A DNA stretch of 64,000 bases from an uncultured Chloroflexia bacterium (GTDB lineage: Bacteria > Chloroflexota > Limnocylindria > Limnocylindrales > CSP1-4). This document shows positions 1 to 9,720 of the stretch, piece by piece. Both the position numbers and the translations under genes were made by a program. Numbering within the stretch: the stretch's first letter is position 1; the number at the start of each line of letters is the position of its first letter. The stretch lies in the NCBI GenBank assembly GCA_963790955.1, contig CAWBQM010000002.1, positions 74,085 to 138,084 of the forward strand, in the 5' to 3' direction. The notes beneath the pieces were generated by a model that had not been told where the DNA came from, searched no databases, and saw only the letters and a program-made list of their open reading frames with translations.

Positions 1-2207
1 CAGTCCGACATCAATCGGAACGCGCGGTTGGTGACGACCATCGCGTCCAGGCGATCGGCCGGCGATGCGACGGCGTCGCGATAGGCGCGATCCTGGAGCC
101 GGAACAGCTGCGGGCTGATGGCCGCCACGATCTTGACGTTGTACCCGGCGCGATCGATGTCCGGCAGCGCGCGCACGAGGTTCGCGGTCGACATCGTGCC
201 CTGGACGAAGATCGTGCCCGCGCGTGGCGCGTCGGGTCGGTAGTCGCGGATCAGGTAGGCGCCGCGGGCGGCCTCGAAGTGGGACGGGATGCCGAGCGCG
301 TCTCGATCCGGGATCTCGATCGGCGGCCGGGTCAGGTGCAGGGCCACGATCGGTGTCGGCCGGGCGAGTGCCGCGCCGAGCACGACCGGCACCTCGTTGT
401 ACTCCCACGGATGCAGGTCGATGACGGCGCCCTCGGGAAACAGCTGCGTCACGCCGGTCGCGAAGATCCCGAAGTGGGTACGCGAATCGTCAGCGGTCTC
501 GGGCCCCGAGTGGCCCGCGACCCAGATGACCTTGCCGAGCCCCAGCTCGCAGTCCTGAGCGAGCTGGCTGAACAGGCGCATCGGCCCGTACTTGAGGTAG
601 CTGAACGCGCCGTACGTCGAGCACGCCGCCCAGAAGCCGTTGAACGCCTGGCGCGGATCGTCGGCCAGGTTCACCGAGGCGAGCCCGACGCTGATCCCGG
701 CGTTGGTGAACTCGGTGATCTCCTGGGGCAGGACGCTGCCCCGCGGATTGGCGTCGCGCTCGAACCAGCCCCAGCCCGGCTCGCCCTCGAAGTCCTTGCC
801 GAAGCCGCTGATGTTGGTCGATTCGGCGAGATCGGCGGAGCTGACGATGAACAGCGGTCGGTCGTACTCGCGCTTGGCGAAGGCGTTGACCCAGGCGCCC
901 CACGTGCCGAGCGCCGCGCGGTTCGGCTTGCGCTCGCCGGGCTTGGCGTACACCGAGTCCGGGTAGGCCCGGTAGTCGGTCAGACGACGATCGTCGAAGA
1001 TGGCGGCCCCACGCCCGCCGAGATTGAAGGTCGGGATCGAATCGGGCACCTGCCGCGCCAGCTCCAGGAGTCGATCGGACAGGTAGCGCACGAGCCCCTC
1101 GTCTCGACGCAGCACGCCGACCGCGATGGCCAGGTTCTTCTCGGCCTCGCGAGCGAGGTCGGTGGGGTCCGTGGACGGCGCGCCGTCGACCCCGACGTAC
1201 TCGACGCCGTATTTCGCCATGAACTGCTTTCGGACGGCCCAGAACGGGGCCGTGCCGAGCGAATGCGGTGTGCCGTGGCTAGCCGCATCCTCCTTGCCGT
1301 AGCCTCGACCCTTACGCGTCTTTACCCAGGCCACGGTCGGAACCTTGTCCGGATTCACGCCTCGGGCGGCGTCCAGGACGACCCGGGTCACGGGCGCCCA
1401 GTCCATGCCCGTTTCGGTCCCGACGACCCGCCAGCCGTACGGCTCGAACCAGTCGCGCGGAGTGCCGTGCACGACCGTCGACGCGGCGCGCTCGTCGATG
1501 CCGAAGTCGTTCCAGTCGAGGAGGAAGACGAGATTCGAGAGCCCCAGGCCCCAGGCCGAGTTCTTCGTCTCGTGGGCGGCTCCGGGTGTCAGGCCGCCCT
1601 CGCCTTCGACGACGAAGACCTTGATCTCCTCGACGCCGGCAAGCTTGAGCGCGAGCGCCTCGCCCGCCGCGGGCGGCATGCCGTGCCCGGACGGGCCGGT
1701 GTTGAACTTGAGGAACAAGGTCTTGCCGGCCATCTCGCCGTGGCCCGGCAGGCCGCCGTGCCGGCGCAGCCTCAGCAGGTCGTGCCAGGTCAGTGCCCAG
1801 CGTCCGTCGTCCGGGAAGGCGAACGCGGGGTCGCCGTCGAGCTCGTGCCGGGCGCGAAGGGCCTCGTTGAGCACGGCCAGGGTCGCGTACACGAGCGGCA
1901 CCGTGTGACCGGCCGAGAGCACGAATTGGTCCGCGAACGGTCGCCACGGCCGTTGCAGGTCCCAGCGCATGGCGCCCGACAGGAGGGTAGACACGAGCAG
2001 GTGCACCTTCGAGCGCGAACCGCCCGGGTGCCCGCTCTGGCGGTAGTTGAGGGACAGATCGATCAGCTCGTCGATGACGTCCTTGACGATCTCCCACCGA
2101 TCGAACTCGGCTTCGGCATCGGCGTACAGGCGCTCGATCGAGACGAGGCCGTTGGCGGCGGCGAGCGTCGTCCTGAGGCCGACGCTGCCCGGGGCCGGGT
2201 CGTGCAT
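1..2207 (-). CDS. transketolase-family thiamine-diphosphate enzyme (3' end runs off the window start)
   Basis: Absent from the ORF track because it is open at the window edge. My reverse-strand translation from ATG 2207 (GTGGAG 7 nt upstream) reads MHDPAPGSVGL..NYRQSGHPGGSRSKVH..FNTGPSGHGMPPAAGEALA..VVEGEGGLTPGAAHETKN..WVKTRKGRGYGKEDAASHGTPH. These are TPP-binding motifs of transketolase-like proteins. The plus-strand ORF 279..2216 is its R/G-rich antisense shadow. Confidence 0.75.
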   Translation of the reverse strand, partial: MHDPAPGSVGLRTTLAAANGLVSIERLYADAEAEFDRWEIVKDVIDELIDLSLNYRQSGHPGGSRSKVHLLVSTLLSGAMRWDLQRPWRPFADQFVLSAGHTVPLVYATLAVLNEALRARHELDGDPAFAFPDDGRWALTWHDLLRLRRHGGLPGHGEMAGKTLFLKFNTGPSGHGMPPAAGEALALKLAGVEEIKVFVVEGEGGLTPGAAHETKNSAWGLGLSNLVFLLDWNDFGIDERAASTVVHGTPRDWFEPYGWRVVGTETGMDWAPVTRVVLDAARGVNPDKVPTVAWVKTRKGRGYGKEDAASHGTPHSLGTAPFWAVRKQFMAKYGVEYVGVDGAPSTDPTDLAREAEKNLAIAVGVLRRDEGLVRYLSDRLLELARQVPDSIPTFNLGGRGAAIFDDRRLTDYRAYPDSVYAKPGERKPNRAALGTWGAWVNAFAKREYDRPLFIVSSADLAESTNISGFGKDFEGEPGWGWFERDANPRGSVLPQEITEFTNAGISVGLASVNLADDPRQAFNGFWAACSTYGAFSYLKYGPMRLFSQLAQDCELGLGKVIWVAGHSGPETADDSRTHFGIFATGVTQLFPEGAVIDLHPWEYNEVPVVLGAALARPTPIVALHLTRPPIEIPDRDALGIPSHFEAARGAYLIRDYRPDAPRAGTIFVQGTMSTANLVRALPDIDRAGYNVKIVAAISPQLFRLQDRAYRDAVASPADRLDAMVVTNRAFRLMSD

Positions 2208-2221
2208 CTCCACTGAGCCGC

Positions 2222-3400
2222 TCATGCCCGCACCCCCGCCAGACGCTCGACCACCGGCGCCATCGCCTCGAGCGCCCGGGCCAGGTTCTCCCGACTCGTC
2301 GCGTAGCTGAGGCGGATGTGATTCGTGCCGACGCCGCCGAACGCGGTCCCGGCGAGGACGGACACGCCGGCCTCGTTGAGCAGAATGTCGGCCAGCTCGG
2401 CGCCCGTCTTGCCGGTCGCGGAGATGTCCGGGAAGACGTAGAACGCCCCGGACGGGCGCAGGCAGCGAATGCCCGGGATCGCGTTGAGACCGTCGACGAT
2501 GAGATCGCGGCGGGCGTGGAACTCCGCGACCATCGCGTCGACCGCGGTCTGCGGGCCGGTCAGCGCCTCCACGGCCCCGACCTGGGCGAAGGTCGGAGCG
2601 CAGCTGATCGAGTTGATGATGAGCCGACCGAAGGCGAACCCGAGCGATGCCGGCAGGATGGCGTAGCCCAGCCGCCAGCCGGTCATGGCGTACGTCTTCG
2701 AGAAACCGTCGAGCACGATCGTCCGCTCGGCCATGCCCGACAGGGACGCGATCGAGACGTGCTCGCCCTCGTACAGGATGCGGCCGTAGATCTCGTCCGC
2801 GAGCACCGTCAGGTCGTGCTCGCGGGCGACCGCGGCGATGGCTTCGAGGTCAGCGCGGGTCAGCACGCCGCCGGTGGGGTTGGCCGGGCTGTTGATGACG
2901 ATGAGCTTGGTGCGCGGCGTGACGAGCGCGGCGAGCTCGGCCGGGTCGAGGCGGAAGCCGTGCTCCTGGCGGATCGGGATCGGAACCGGCTTCGCGCCGA
3001 CGAAGCGCGTCACGGACTCGTAGATCGGATAGCCGGGATCGGGCACGATGACCTCGTCGCCCGGGTCGACGAGCGCGAGGATGGCGTAGTACATGACGCC
3101 CTTGCCGCCGACGGTCACGAAGACATGCTCGGGGTCGACGCGGAAGCCCTTGCGTGCCGTCGCGTCCGCGGCGATCGCGCGGCGCAGGTCGGGAATGCCT
3201 GGGAACGGCGCGTAATGGGTCGCGCCGGCATCGAGCGCGCGCTTCGCGGCCTCGCGGACGTTGGCCGGCGTGTCGAAGTCCGGCTCGCCGATCTCCAGGT
3301 GGACGACCGAGCGTCCGGTCGCTTCCAGGGCTCGGGCCCGAGCGGCGGCCTCGAATGCCGTCTCCGTGCCGATCTCGTCCATGCGTGCTGCGAGTTTCAT
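2222..3400 (-). CDS. class I/II pyridoxal-phosphate aminotransferase (aspartate/aromatic type)
   Basis: Inner ATG at 3400 (MKLAARMDEIGTE) is preceded by GGAGG. Motifs INSPANPTG and the PLP-lysine box SKTYAMTGWRLGY are present. The upstream part of ORF 2222..3613 is R/P-rich junk. Confidence 0.9.
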   Translation of the reverse strand: MKLAARMDEIGTETAFEAAARARALEATGRSVVHLEIGEPDFDTPANVREAAKRALDAGATHYAPFPGIPDLRRAIAADATARKGFRVDPEHVFVTVGGKGVMYYAILALVDPGDEVIVPDPGYPIYESVTRFVGAKPVPIPIRQEHGFRLDPAELAALVTPRTKLIVINSPANPTGGVLTRADLEAIAAVAREHDLTVLADEIYGRILYEGEHVSIASLSGMAERTIVLDGFSKTYAMTGWRLGYAILPASLGFAFGRLIINSISCAPTFAQVGAVEALTGPQTAVDAMVAEFHARRDLIVDGLNAIPGIRCLRPSGAFYVFPDISATGKTGAELADILLNEAGVSVLAGTAFGGVGTNHIRLSYATSRENLARALEAMAPVVERLAGVRA

Positions 3401-3570
3401 GTCGCCTCCGGGCTCGGCGCGTGGCATTGACAGGCATCGAGGCTGTCGGAGGGTCGCAACGCCGATCGCAGGGCGACGATGGCAAGCCGAACCCGGTACG
3501 TCAAGCGTATTGTCCTTATGCGACGATGAAGCACGTCTACCGAGTCGTGGACGAAGGAGGTCGAGGCAGG

Positions 3571-4503
3571 ATGCTGAGCGTGTGGCGACTCCAGCTCTTG
3601 CGGGAGGTGGCACGCCGGGGCACGATCGCGGCGGCGGCGACCGCCATGGATCTCAGCCCGTCGGCCGTGTCGCAGCAGCTCAACGTCCTGGAGCGCGAGG
3701 TGGGCCTGCCTCTTCTCGAGCGAGCCGGCCGGTCGGTGCGGCCGACCGACGCGGGCTGGCTGACGGTCGGGCACGCGGATCGGATCGCCGCCGCCCTCGC
3801 GACCGCGGAGGCCGAACTCGCGAGCATCCGCTCGGTGGTCATGGGCGATCTGCGTATCGCGGCCTTTCCGACCGCGGCGCGGGCGTTGATGCCCGAGGTC
3901 ATGGCCGCGCTGAGCCGCCGCTATCCGGCCCTGCGGCTGTCGCTGCGTGACTTCGAGGCGGCCGAGAGCCTCGCGGCGCTGCGACTCGGTGAGGTCGATG
4001 TCGCGATCGTGGACGAGTACGAGGATACCGACGTCCTGCGCGACCCGGCCACCGAGCGCCATCTCGTCCTGCGCGAACCGGTCTACCTCGCGCTCGGCCT
4101 GGACCATCGGCTGGCCGGCGCGCACGTCTCGCTGGCCGACCTCGCCGAGGAGTCCTGGATCATGGACGCCGAGCACAGCCACCTGTTCGAGACGATCCGG
4201 CGGGCCTGCCGGGCGGCGGGTTTCGAACCCAGGATCCGCTCCCACTGCAAGGACTTCGGCGTCATCGTCGCGCTCATCGAGGCGGGACTCGGCGTCGGCG
4301 TCCTGCCTGGCCTGGCGCTGCGCGATCGGGCGGTCCGTGCGCGCGTGGTGCCGCTGGAGCCGGCGCTGACGCGCAATGTCGTGGCCGTGATCAAGCCGGA
4401 CCAGCGGTTGCACCCGGCCGTGGCGATGACGCTCGCCGAGCTTGACCGATTCGGGAAGGGCGTCGCGGGCATGGCGCTGCGAGGACCCAACCTGGGCCCC
4501 TGA
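3571..4503 (+). CDS. LysR-family transcriptional regulator
   Basis: MLSVWRLQLLREVARRGTIAAAATAMDLSPSAVSQQLNVLEREVG is a LysR-type HTH, followed by a substrate-binding domain. GAAGGAGG lies 10 nt upstream. The gene is divergent from the aminotransferase. Confidence 0.9.
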   Translation: MLSVWRLQLLREVARRGTIAAAATAMDLSPSAVSQQLNVLEREVGLPLLERAGRSVRPTDAGWLTVGHADRIAAALATAEAELASIRSVVMGDLRIAAFPTAARALMPEVMAALSRRYPALRLSLRDFEAAESLAALRLGEVDVAIVDEYEDTDVLRDPATERHLVLREPVYLALGLDHRLAGAHVSLADLAEESWIMDAEHSHLFETIRRACRAAGFEPRIRSHCKDFGVIVALIEAGLGVGVLPGLALRDRAVRARVVPLEPALTRNVVAVIKPDQRLHPAVAMTLAELDRFGKGVAGMALRGPNLGP

Positions 4504-4573
4504 CGCGACGTCTAACGGGCACACGCGGACCAACGCGACAGGCATGAGATCCCGCGTCGAGGAAGGATCTGTG

Positions 4574-5143
4574 ATGGTTGGCTTGAGAGGCAAGCGGGTC
4601 TGGCGCCACCTTGGGCTCGTCGCGTCGCTCGTCGCGCTCGTGTTTCCCGCCGCGGCCCCGGCGCAGGCCTCGTCCGCGGCGCACGTTCGCATCGAGATCC
4701 ACGATTCGTTCGTCCACGACGACCTGAGTGCTGCCTGCGGGACCCTGGTGGTCGTCTCGGTCGACGCGAACCTGAACGCCACACTTCGGCTCCGCGACGG
4801 CCTGATCGTGAAGGAGATCGATCCTTCGGGCGGCGGTACGGTGACGACGAGCGCGCCGCTGACCGGAGCGTCCTTTTCGTATCCGTTCAACACCGTCATC
4901 ATCGACTACGGCACGGGAGCCGTGCTCGGCAGCTCATTCACCGTCACGTTCAACGGGGTGATCGGGAATGTGCCTGGCCACGTCGCGGCGGACGCCGGCC
5001 ATATCGTGCTCACGGGTGTCGTCGATGGCTTCGACGAGCTTGGCCTACCGATCCTCGATGTCACCGACTTCGTGTCGTTCAACGGCCGCCAGTCGGACCC
5101 TGACGCCGTCGTGGCCGCCATGTGTGAGGCGCTCGCCGGTTGA
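4574..5143 (+). CDS. hypothetical secreted protein
   Basis: Start MVGLRGKRVWRHLGLVASLVALVFPAAAPAQASS looks like a signal peptide and GGAAGGA lies upstream. I recognise no family. Confidence 0.55.
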   Translation: MVGLRGKRVWRHLGLVASLVALVFPAAAPAQASSAAHVRIEIHDSFVHDDLSAACGTLVVVSVDANLNATLRLRDGLIVKEIDPSGGGTVTTSAPLTGASFSYPFNTVIIDYGTGAVLGSSFTVTFNGVIGNVPGHVAADAGHIVLTGVVDGFDELGLPILDVTDFVSFNGRQSDPDAVVAAMCEALAG

Positions 5144-5187
5144 TCGCCAGTGCTAGGGTCGCCAGCTGACGTGCTCCTGCGCCCGCG

Positions 5188-5769
5188 ATGACGGACGCGA
5201 GAATCGTCGGGCTCTCGGATGGGGGAACCCGCACAGCGCTCGTTCGGCGCGCGCAGGCCGGCGACCCGGAGGCGTTCGATCAGCTCATCCGGCCGACCCT
5301 AAATCGGCATGTCCGCTTCGCGATGGCGTTGCTCCATGACGAGATGGACGCCCACGACGTGGTGCAGGAGGCCTACGTCCGAGCTTGGCGCAAGCTGTCG
5401 CGCCTTCATGAGGCCGCGAGCTTCGACAGCTGGATGAACCAGATCCTCGTGAACACGGCGCGCAGTCACTTGCGGACGCGCCGGAGGATCAAGATCCGTG
5501 AGATACGAGTCAGTGATGGCGGCCAGCTCTCGCCCACCCACGTCCACGATCGAACGCCGGACGACGCAGTCGCGGACCGCGACCTGATCCGGCGCGCATT
5601 CGACCGACTGGACGCCGACAAGCGCCTCATCCTCGCGGCGCACTACGTCGACGGCTTGTCGGTGGTCGCGATCGCCGAGCTGTTCGGCATCCCCGAGGGG
5701 ACCGCCAAGTGGCGCTTGCATGCCGCGCGTGCTGCCCTGGAGCGCGGGCTGGAGGCCGAGGAGCGATGA
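5188..5769 (+). CDS. ECF-type RNA polymerase sigma-70 family factor
   Basis: Region 2 (DVVQEAYVRAWRKL, FDSWMNQILVNTA) and region 4 (LSVVAIAELFGIPEGTAKWRLHAAR) are recognisable. Confidence 0.9.
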   Translation: MTDARIVGLSDGGTRTALVRRAQAGDPEAFDQLIRPTLNRHVRFAMALLHDEMDAHDVVQEAYVRAWRKLSRLHEAASFDSWMNQILVNTARSHLRTRRRIKIREIRVSDGGQLSPTHVHDRTPDDAVADRDLIRRAFDRLDADKRLILAAHYVDGLSVVAIAELFGIPEGTAKWRLHAARAALERGLEAEER

Positions 5770-7073
5770 GTCACCAGCATCGGCTGACCGACGACGAGAT
5801 TCGCGCGGCACTCAGGCCTGCGGCTTCGCCTGAACTGACGCAGCGCATTGCGGAGGACGTGGCCGCGACCATTCGGATGACGCCAACGTCGCGCGGTTGG
5901 CCCGTACAGATGGGCGCCTTGCCGAGCGGGATGACGCCGGCCCGGATTGCCTGGCTGCTTGTGCTGGTCGCGCTGCTGCTGGCGGTGGCGTTGGTCGTGG
6001 GCTCGACGTTCTGGCGGACGCGGCCGCTGTTGGCGGGAAACGGGTTCGTCGCCGTCGGATCGGACCGCAGCGGCATCTTCCTGATCGACTCGACGACTGG
6101 GGCCAGCCGACGCCTCGTCGCACCGTGGACGAACGATCCGTCCGGTCGGACCAGTCGGGTGGACCTGATGGCCCTGGCTCCCGACGGGTCGAAGCTCGCG
6201 TATGTCTCGGCGCCGGTGACGTCGTGGTCGATCGAGATCGTCTCCGTGCCGAGCGGCGCACGGTTGGGTCGCGTGACCGAGGAGGCCGGCGGGATCTTTC
6301 CCGAGTGGGGTGTCCAGTGGTCGCGCGACGGGACCCAACTCGTCGTGGCCGCGACGGCCGGCGGCGTGCCGTCCGTCGTTGGCGTCGATATTGCGTCCGG
6401 TCGTCGCTATGCGATCGCCAACCCTGTCTCGCGAGCGTACGATCCCGCCCTCTCGCCGATCGACGACCGGGTCGCGTTCGTCCGGTCCGGCGCGTCCTTC
6501 ACGAACGACTACCGACTGGTCGTGACCGACCTGCACGGTGGGAATGAAGTCCAGGTGACCGCGCTTCCTGAGGGAGCGACTGCGGCCGGTGCCCCAGACT
6601 GGTCGCCGGATGGCACGGAGCTGGTGTTCACGCTCGAGCGAAGGGACGGGAGCCACGCCCTGGGGCGGGTCGCGGCCGGCGGCGGCGACGTGGCACTGCT
6701 CACGCCCTGGCGCAAGGAGTGGGTCGAGGGGACGTGGTCGCCGGAGGGCGGGCGCGTCCTCGTGACGGTGAGCCCGCAGGGCGGCCGGACAGCCGACATC
6801 TACGAGAACGGCGACCAACGCGCCGAGATCGATCTGATGGCCGCGGACGGCTCGAACCGGCGCACCCTGTCCACCCGGGCGTGTGCCAATGCCACCTGGG
6901 CTCCCGACGGTCGAGCGGTCATCTTCGAGGCGTTGGGATGCGAGGGGGCCGACACGGATGAGATCCGTCTGATCGACCTCGACAGTGGCGAGGAGCGCGT
7001 ACTGTGGGCCACTGTCCCGAGCGTGAGCGGTCGGCTCAGCCTCGGCTGGCAGGCTCTGCCAAGGGCGCCGTAG
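5766..7073 (+). CDS. single-pass membrane protein with PD40/TolB-like beta-propeller (putative anti-sigma partner)
   Basis: ATGA overlap with the sigma factor stop. It has a short cytoplasmic N-terminus, a TM helix (IAWLLVLVALLLAVALVV), then repeated SPDG/APDG/SRDG blades. Confidence 0.8.
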   Translation: MSHQHRLTDDEIRAALRPAASPELTQRIAEDVAATIRMTPTSRGWPVQMGALPSGMTPARIAWLLVLVALLLAVALVVGSTFWRTRPLLAGNGFVAVGSDRSGIFLIDSTTGASRRLVAPWTNDPSGRTSRVDLMALAPDGSKLAYVSAPVTSWSIEIVSVPSGARLGRVTEEAGGIFPEWGVQWSRDGTQLVVAATAGGVPSVVGVDIASGRRYAIANPVSRAYDPALSPIDDRVAFVRSGASFTNDYRLVVTDLHGGNEVQVTALPEGATAAGAPDWSPDGTELVFTLERRDGSHALGRVAAGGGDVALLTPWRKEWVEGTWSPEGGRVLVTVSPQGGRTADIYENGDQRAEIDLMAADGSNRRTLSTRACANATWAPDGRAVIFEALGCEGADTDEIRLIDLDSGEERVLWATVPSVSGRLSLGWQALPRAP

Positions 7074-7194
7074 GGTCTGATCTCGTGCCCGACGTCCGGA
7101 GACCTGGTGGCGTTCGAGCGTGACGTCCGGGAGGCCCTCTCAGAAGCTCCTGGTCCGCTGAAGAGCCCGATCCGAACGTGATACGGTCGCGTCC

Positions 7195-7269
7195 GGGCCC
7201 GTAGCTCAGTGGTAGAGCAGGGGACTTTTAATCCTCGTGTCGTGGGTTCGACCCCCACCGGGCTCACCA
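7195..7269 (+). tRNA. tRNA-Lys (anticodon UUU), CCA encoded
   Basis: Hand-folded cloverleaf: acceptor GGGCCCG/CGGGCTC, D arm GCTC-AGTGGTA-GAGC, anticodon arm GGGGA-CTTTTAA-TCCTC, T arm GTGGG-TTCGACC-CCCAC, discriminator A, then CCA. Confidence 0.9.
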
Positions 7270-7312
7270 ATGCGCCGATTGTCCCGGCGATGGGCGGCGT
7301 CGCGCCTCGCGC

Positions 7313-7573
7313 TTGCCATGGGAGGACGGCATCGACGAGCTGCAAGAACGCATCGCCGCCGATCGCCTCTTGATCGACGCCGGCCAGCGTCCGATCTATC
7401 ACGCGGTCACGACCCACGACGGCTCGGCCGTGGACGTACGCATCCGAGAGCTGCCGATCGTGCACCTGTTCGTTCCCGACACGGCCGGGGTCCTCGTTGG
7501 TGCCCGCAGCCTGATCGCACGGACGCTCGGCGTCAGCCCCGCAAGCTTCGAGGTGACCCTCGAAGAGGGCTGA
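7313..7573 (+). CDS. hypothetical small protein
   Basis: 86-aa ORF with high third-position GC and balanced composition. TTG is the only start available in frame. No family recognised. Confidence 0.45.
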   Translation: MPWEDGIDELQERIAADRLLIDAGQRPIYHAVTTHDGSAVDVRIRELPIVHLFVPDTAGVLVGARSLIARTLGVSPASFEVTLEEG

Positions 7574-7644
7574 CGGGCGCCGACGAGCTCAGCGCCCCGT
7601 CGCCACGCCAGACAGCCGGGGGGCGATCGGGTCGCCGCTCGGCC

Positions 7645-9009
7645 TCAGATCGAGGCGCTATCCGAGGGCCGTGGCTCGAGGGGACGTGCCATCGGCGCCC
7701 CGGGCTGCACCGCGGCCGACGGTTCGGCCGCCCCGCGCAGCACGTGGTAGACCAGGATGGCGCCGATCGTGGCCGTGCCGATGCCGCCGATCGAGAAATC
7801 GCCGCCCGTCACCACGAAGTCGCCGGCACCCATCGTCAGCGCCACCGCGGCGGTGATGAGGTTGCGGCTGTGCGAGAAGTCGACGCCGTTCTCGACCCAG
7901 ATCCGGGCGCCCGTGGCGGCGATCAGGCCGAACAGCACGATCGCGAGCCCGCCGAGGACCGGCGACGGGATCGTCCCGATGAGCGCCCCGAACTTCGGGG
8001 AAAAGCCCATGGCGATCGCGACCACGGCCGCGACGACGAATACGAGTGTCGAGTAGATCTTCGTGACGGCCATGACGCCGATGTTCTCGGCGTACGTCGT
8101 GACACCGGTGCCGCCACCGCTACCGGCGACCATCGTCGCCAGGCCGTCGCCCAGGAATGCCCGTCCAAGGTACGGATCGAGGTTTCGCCCGGTCATCGCC
8201 GCGACCGCCTTGACGTGGCCCAGGTTCTCGGCCACGAGCACGATGGCGACCGGCGCGATGAGCCCGATCGAACGGGCGGTGAATGTCGGCGCCGTGAGGG
8301 TCGGCAGGCCGATCCACGCCGCGTCACCGAGCTTCGTGAAGTCGATCGGCGAGCCCCAGCCGAGCCCGTTGGCAAGGATCGCGTACACGGCGTAGCCGGC
8401 GACGCCGCCGAGCAGGATCGGCAGCCGCTTGCCTATTCCGGGGGCATAGACGGCGATGAGCGCCACCGCGACGACCGTGAGGATCCCGATCAGGACCGCG
8501 AATGAATCGGTGCCGATGTCGCTCACGGCGACGGGCGCCAGGTTCAACCCGATCGCGGCCACGACGGCGCCCGTGACGACCGGCGGCATGAGGCGCTGGA
8601 CCCAGTCGTAGCCGACGGCCATGACGACCAGACCGATCACGGCATACAGCGCTCCGGCGGCGACAATTCCGCCCAGGGCCACGGCGATGTTCGGGTTCGG
8701 GCCGCTGCCCGAGTAGCCGCTGGCGGCGATGACGACGGCGATGAACGCGAACGACGAGCCCAGGTAGCTCGGCACGCGACCGCCCACCACGACGAAGAAG
8801 ATGAGGGTGCCAATCCCGGAGAACAGGATGGCAGTGTTCGGATCGAAGCCCATGAGGATCGGCGCCAGGACGGTGGCCCCGAACATCGCGAAGATGTGCT
8901 GGACCCCGATCGCGATCGTCTGTCCCCAGGGCAGGCGCTCATCGGGAGCGATGATCCCGCCCGATTTCTCCGTCCAGTGGAATGAGCCGCTCGAGCCGCG
9001 CACGCGCAT
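7645..9009 (-). CDS. NCS2-family nucleobase (uracil/xanthine) permease
   Basis: Inner ATG 9009 is preceded by GGAGGAGGG. The protein is polytopic, with QHIFAMFGATVLAPIL and ENLGHVKAVAAMTG motifs typical of uracil-xanthine permeases. Confidence 0.9.
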   Translation of the reverse strand: MRVRGSSGSFHWTEKSGGIIAPDERLPWGQTIAIGVQHIFAMFGATVLAPILMGFDPNTAILFSGIGTLIFFVVVGGRVPSYLGSSFAFIAVVIAASGYSGSGPNPNIAVALGGIVAAGALYAVIGLVVMAVGYDWVQRLMPPVVTGAVVAAIGLNLAPVAVSDIGTDSFAVLIGILTVVAVALIAVYAPGIGKRLPILLGGVAGYAVYAILANGLGWGSPIDFTKLGDAAWIGLPTLTAPTFTARSIGLIAPVAIVLVAENLGHVKAVAAMTGRNLDPYLGRAFLGDGLATMVAGSGGGTGVTTYAENIGVMAVTKIYSTLVFVVAAVVAIAMGFSPKFGALIGTIPSPVLGGLAIVLFGLIAATGARIWVENGVDFSHSRNLITAAVALTMGAGDFVVTGGDFSIGGIGTATIGAILVYHVLRGAAEPSAAVQPGAPMARPLEPRPSDSASI

Positions 9010-9225
9010 CCGCCGATCCCTCCTCCATGCCGACCAGCCGATCGGGCGCCGCTCCGACGTCCCCGAGGCCGTGCCACCGCGCCAACAGTCGACACCGGCG
9101 CGGCCGGGACACAGGGCCCTCGGACCCGATCTCGGGGGCTGGAAGTCGCCTGGTACCGGCCGGCGCCGAAGAGCCCGCGGGGCGGCGCGCTTGACAGCTC
9201 GGAGGCGACCGGGGACCCTCGGCAC

Positions 9226-9720
9226 GTGACGAGTAGCGGCATCGAGATCGAGCGCAAGTACCTGCTCGACGGCCCGCCCGATGCCGAGTTCCTCGCGCGT
9301 CACCATGCCCGGAGCACTCGCATCGTGCAGCTCTACCTGCTGCCGACGGCCAATTCGCCGGTTCGGCGGCTGCGACGCCGCTCGGGCGCCGACGGCGAGG
9401 AGCGCACCTATACCGAGAAGGCTCCGCGTGGCGGGCTGGCGCGCGACGAGCGCGAGCGCGTGATCGATGAGCAGGCGTGGCAGCTGCTCGCGCGCGAGAC
9501 CGATCCGGCAGCCCGGCCCATCGTCAAGACGCGCCACGTCATCGACTGGGCGGGGCGGCAGGTCGAGATCGACGTGTTCGACGAGCCGCCGGGCCTGGTC
9601 GTCGCCGAGGTCGAGCTGCCGGACGAGAACAGCCCGGTCGAGCTGCCACCGGACCTGCGGGTGGTGCGCGAGGTCAGCGATGATCCCGCCTATCTGAACG
9701 TGAACCTCGCCCGGCGCTGA
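9226..9720 (+). CDS. CYTH-domain protein (CyaB/triphosphatase-like)
   Basis: The N-terminal IEIERKYLL matches the ExExK signature of CYTH domains. GTG start. Confidence 0.8.
   Translation: MTSSGIEIERKYLLDGPPDAEFLARHHARSTRIVQLYLLPTANSPVRRLRRRSGADGEERTYTEKAPRGGLARDERERVIDEQAWQLLARETDPAARPIVKTRHVIDWAGRQVEIDVFDEPPGLVVAEVELPDENSPVELPPDLRVVREVSDDPAYLNVNLARR

Noticed and set aside
279-2216. A very long plus-strand ORF (645 aa), and similar long ORFs at 16380..18224, 19820..21649, 33606..35438, 35939..37117, 57103..58680 and 11570..13495.
   Set aside because: They are Arg/Gly/Pro/Asp-rich and lie antisense to genes with clear family motifs. These are typical shadow ORFs of high-GC DNA and are not called as genes.
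7195-7645. Possible integrative element at tRNA-Lys, and likewise at tRNA-Met (11916..11990).
   Set aside because: There is no integrase or recombinase gene, no duplicated tRNA 3' end (att repeat) that I could see, and no compositional break in the flanks.
9010-9225. The 216-nt GC-rich leader of the nucleobase permease as a purine, guanidine or PyrR-type riboswitch. It contains GGGTCCGAGGG and CTTCCAGCCCCCGAG. A TTGACA at 9191 was also considered as a -35 box for the CYTH gene.
   Set aside because: There are only short partial resemblances to the ykkC or PyrR-binding consensus and no convincing conserved core. The TTGACA has no matching -10 element at proper spacing. An Infernal scan would be needed.
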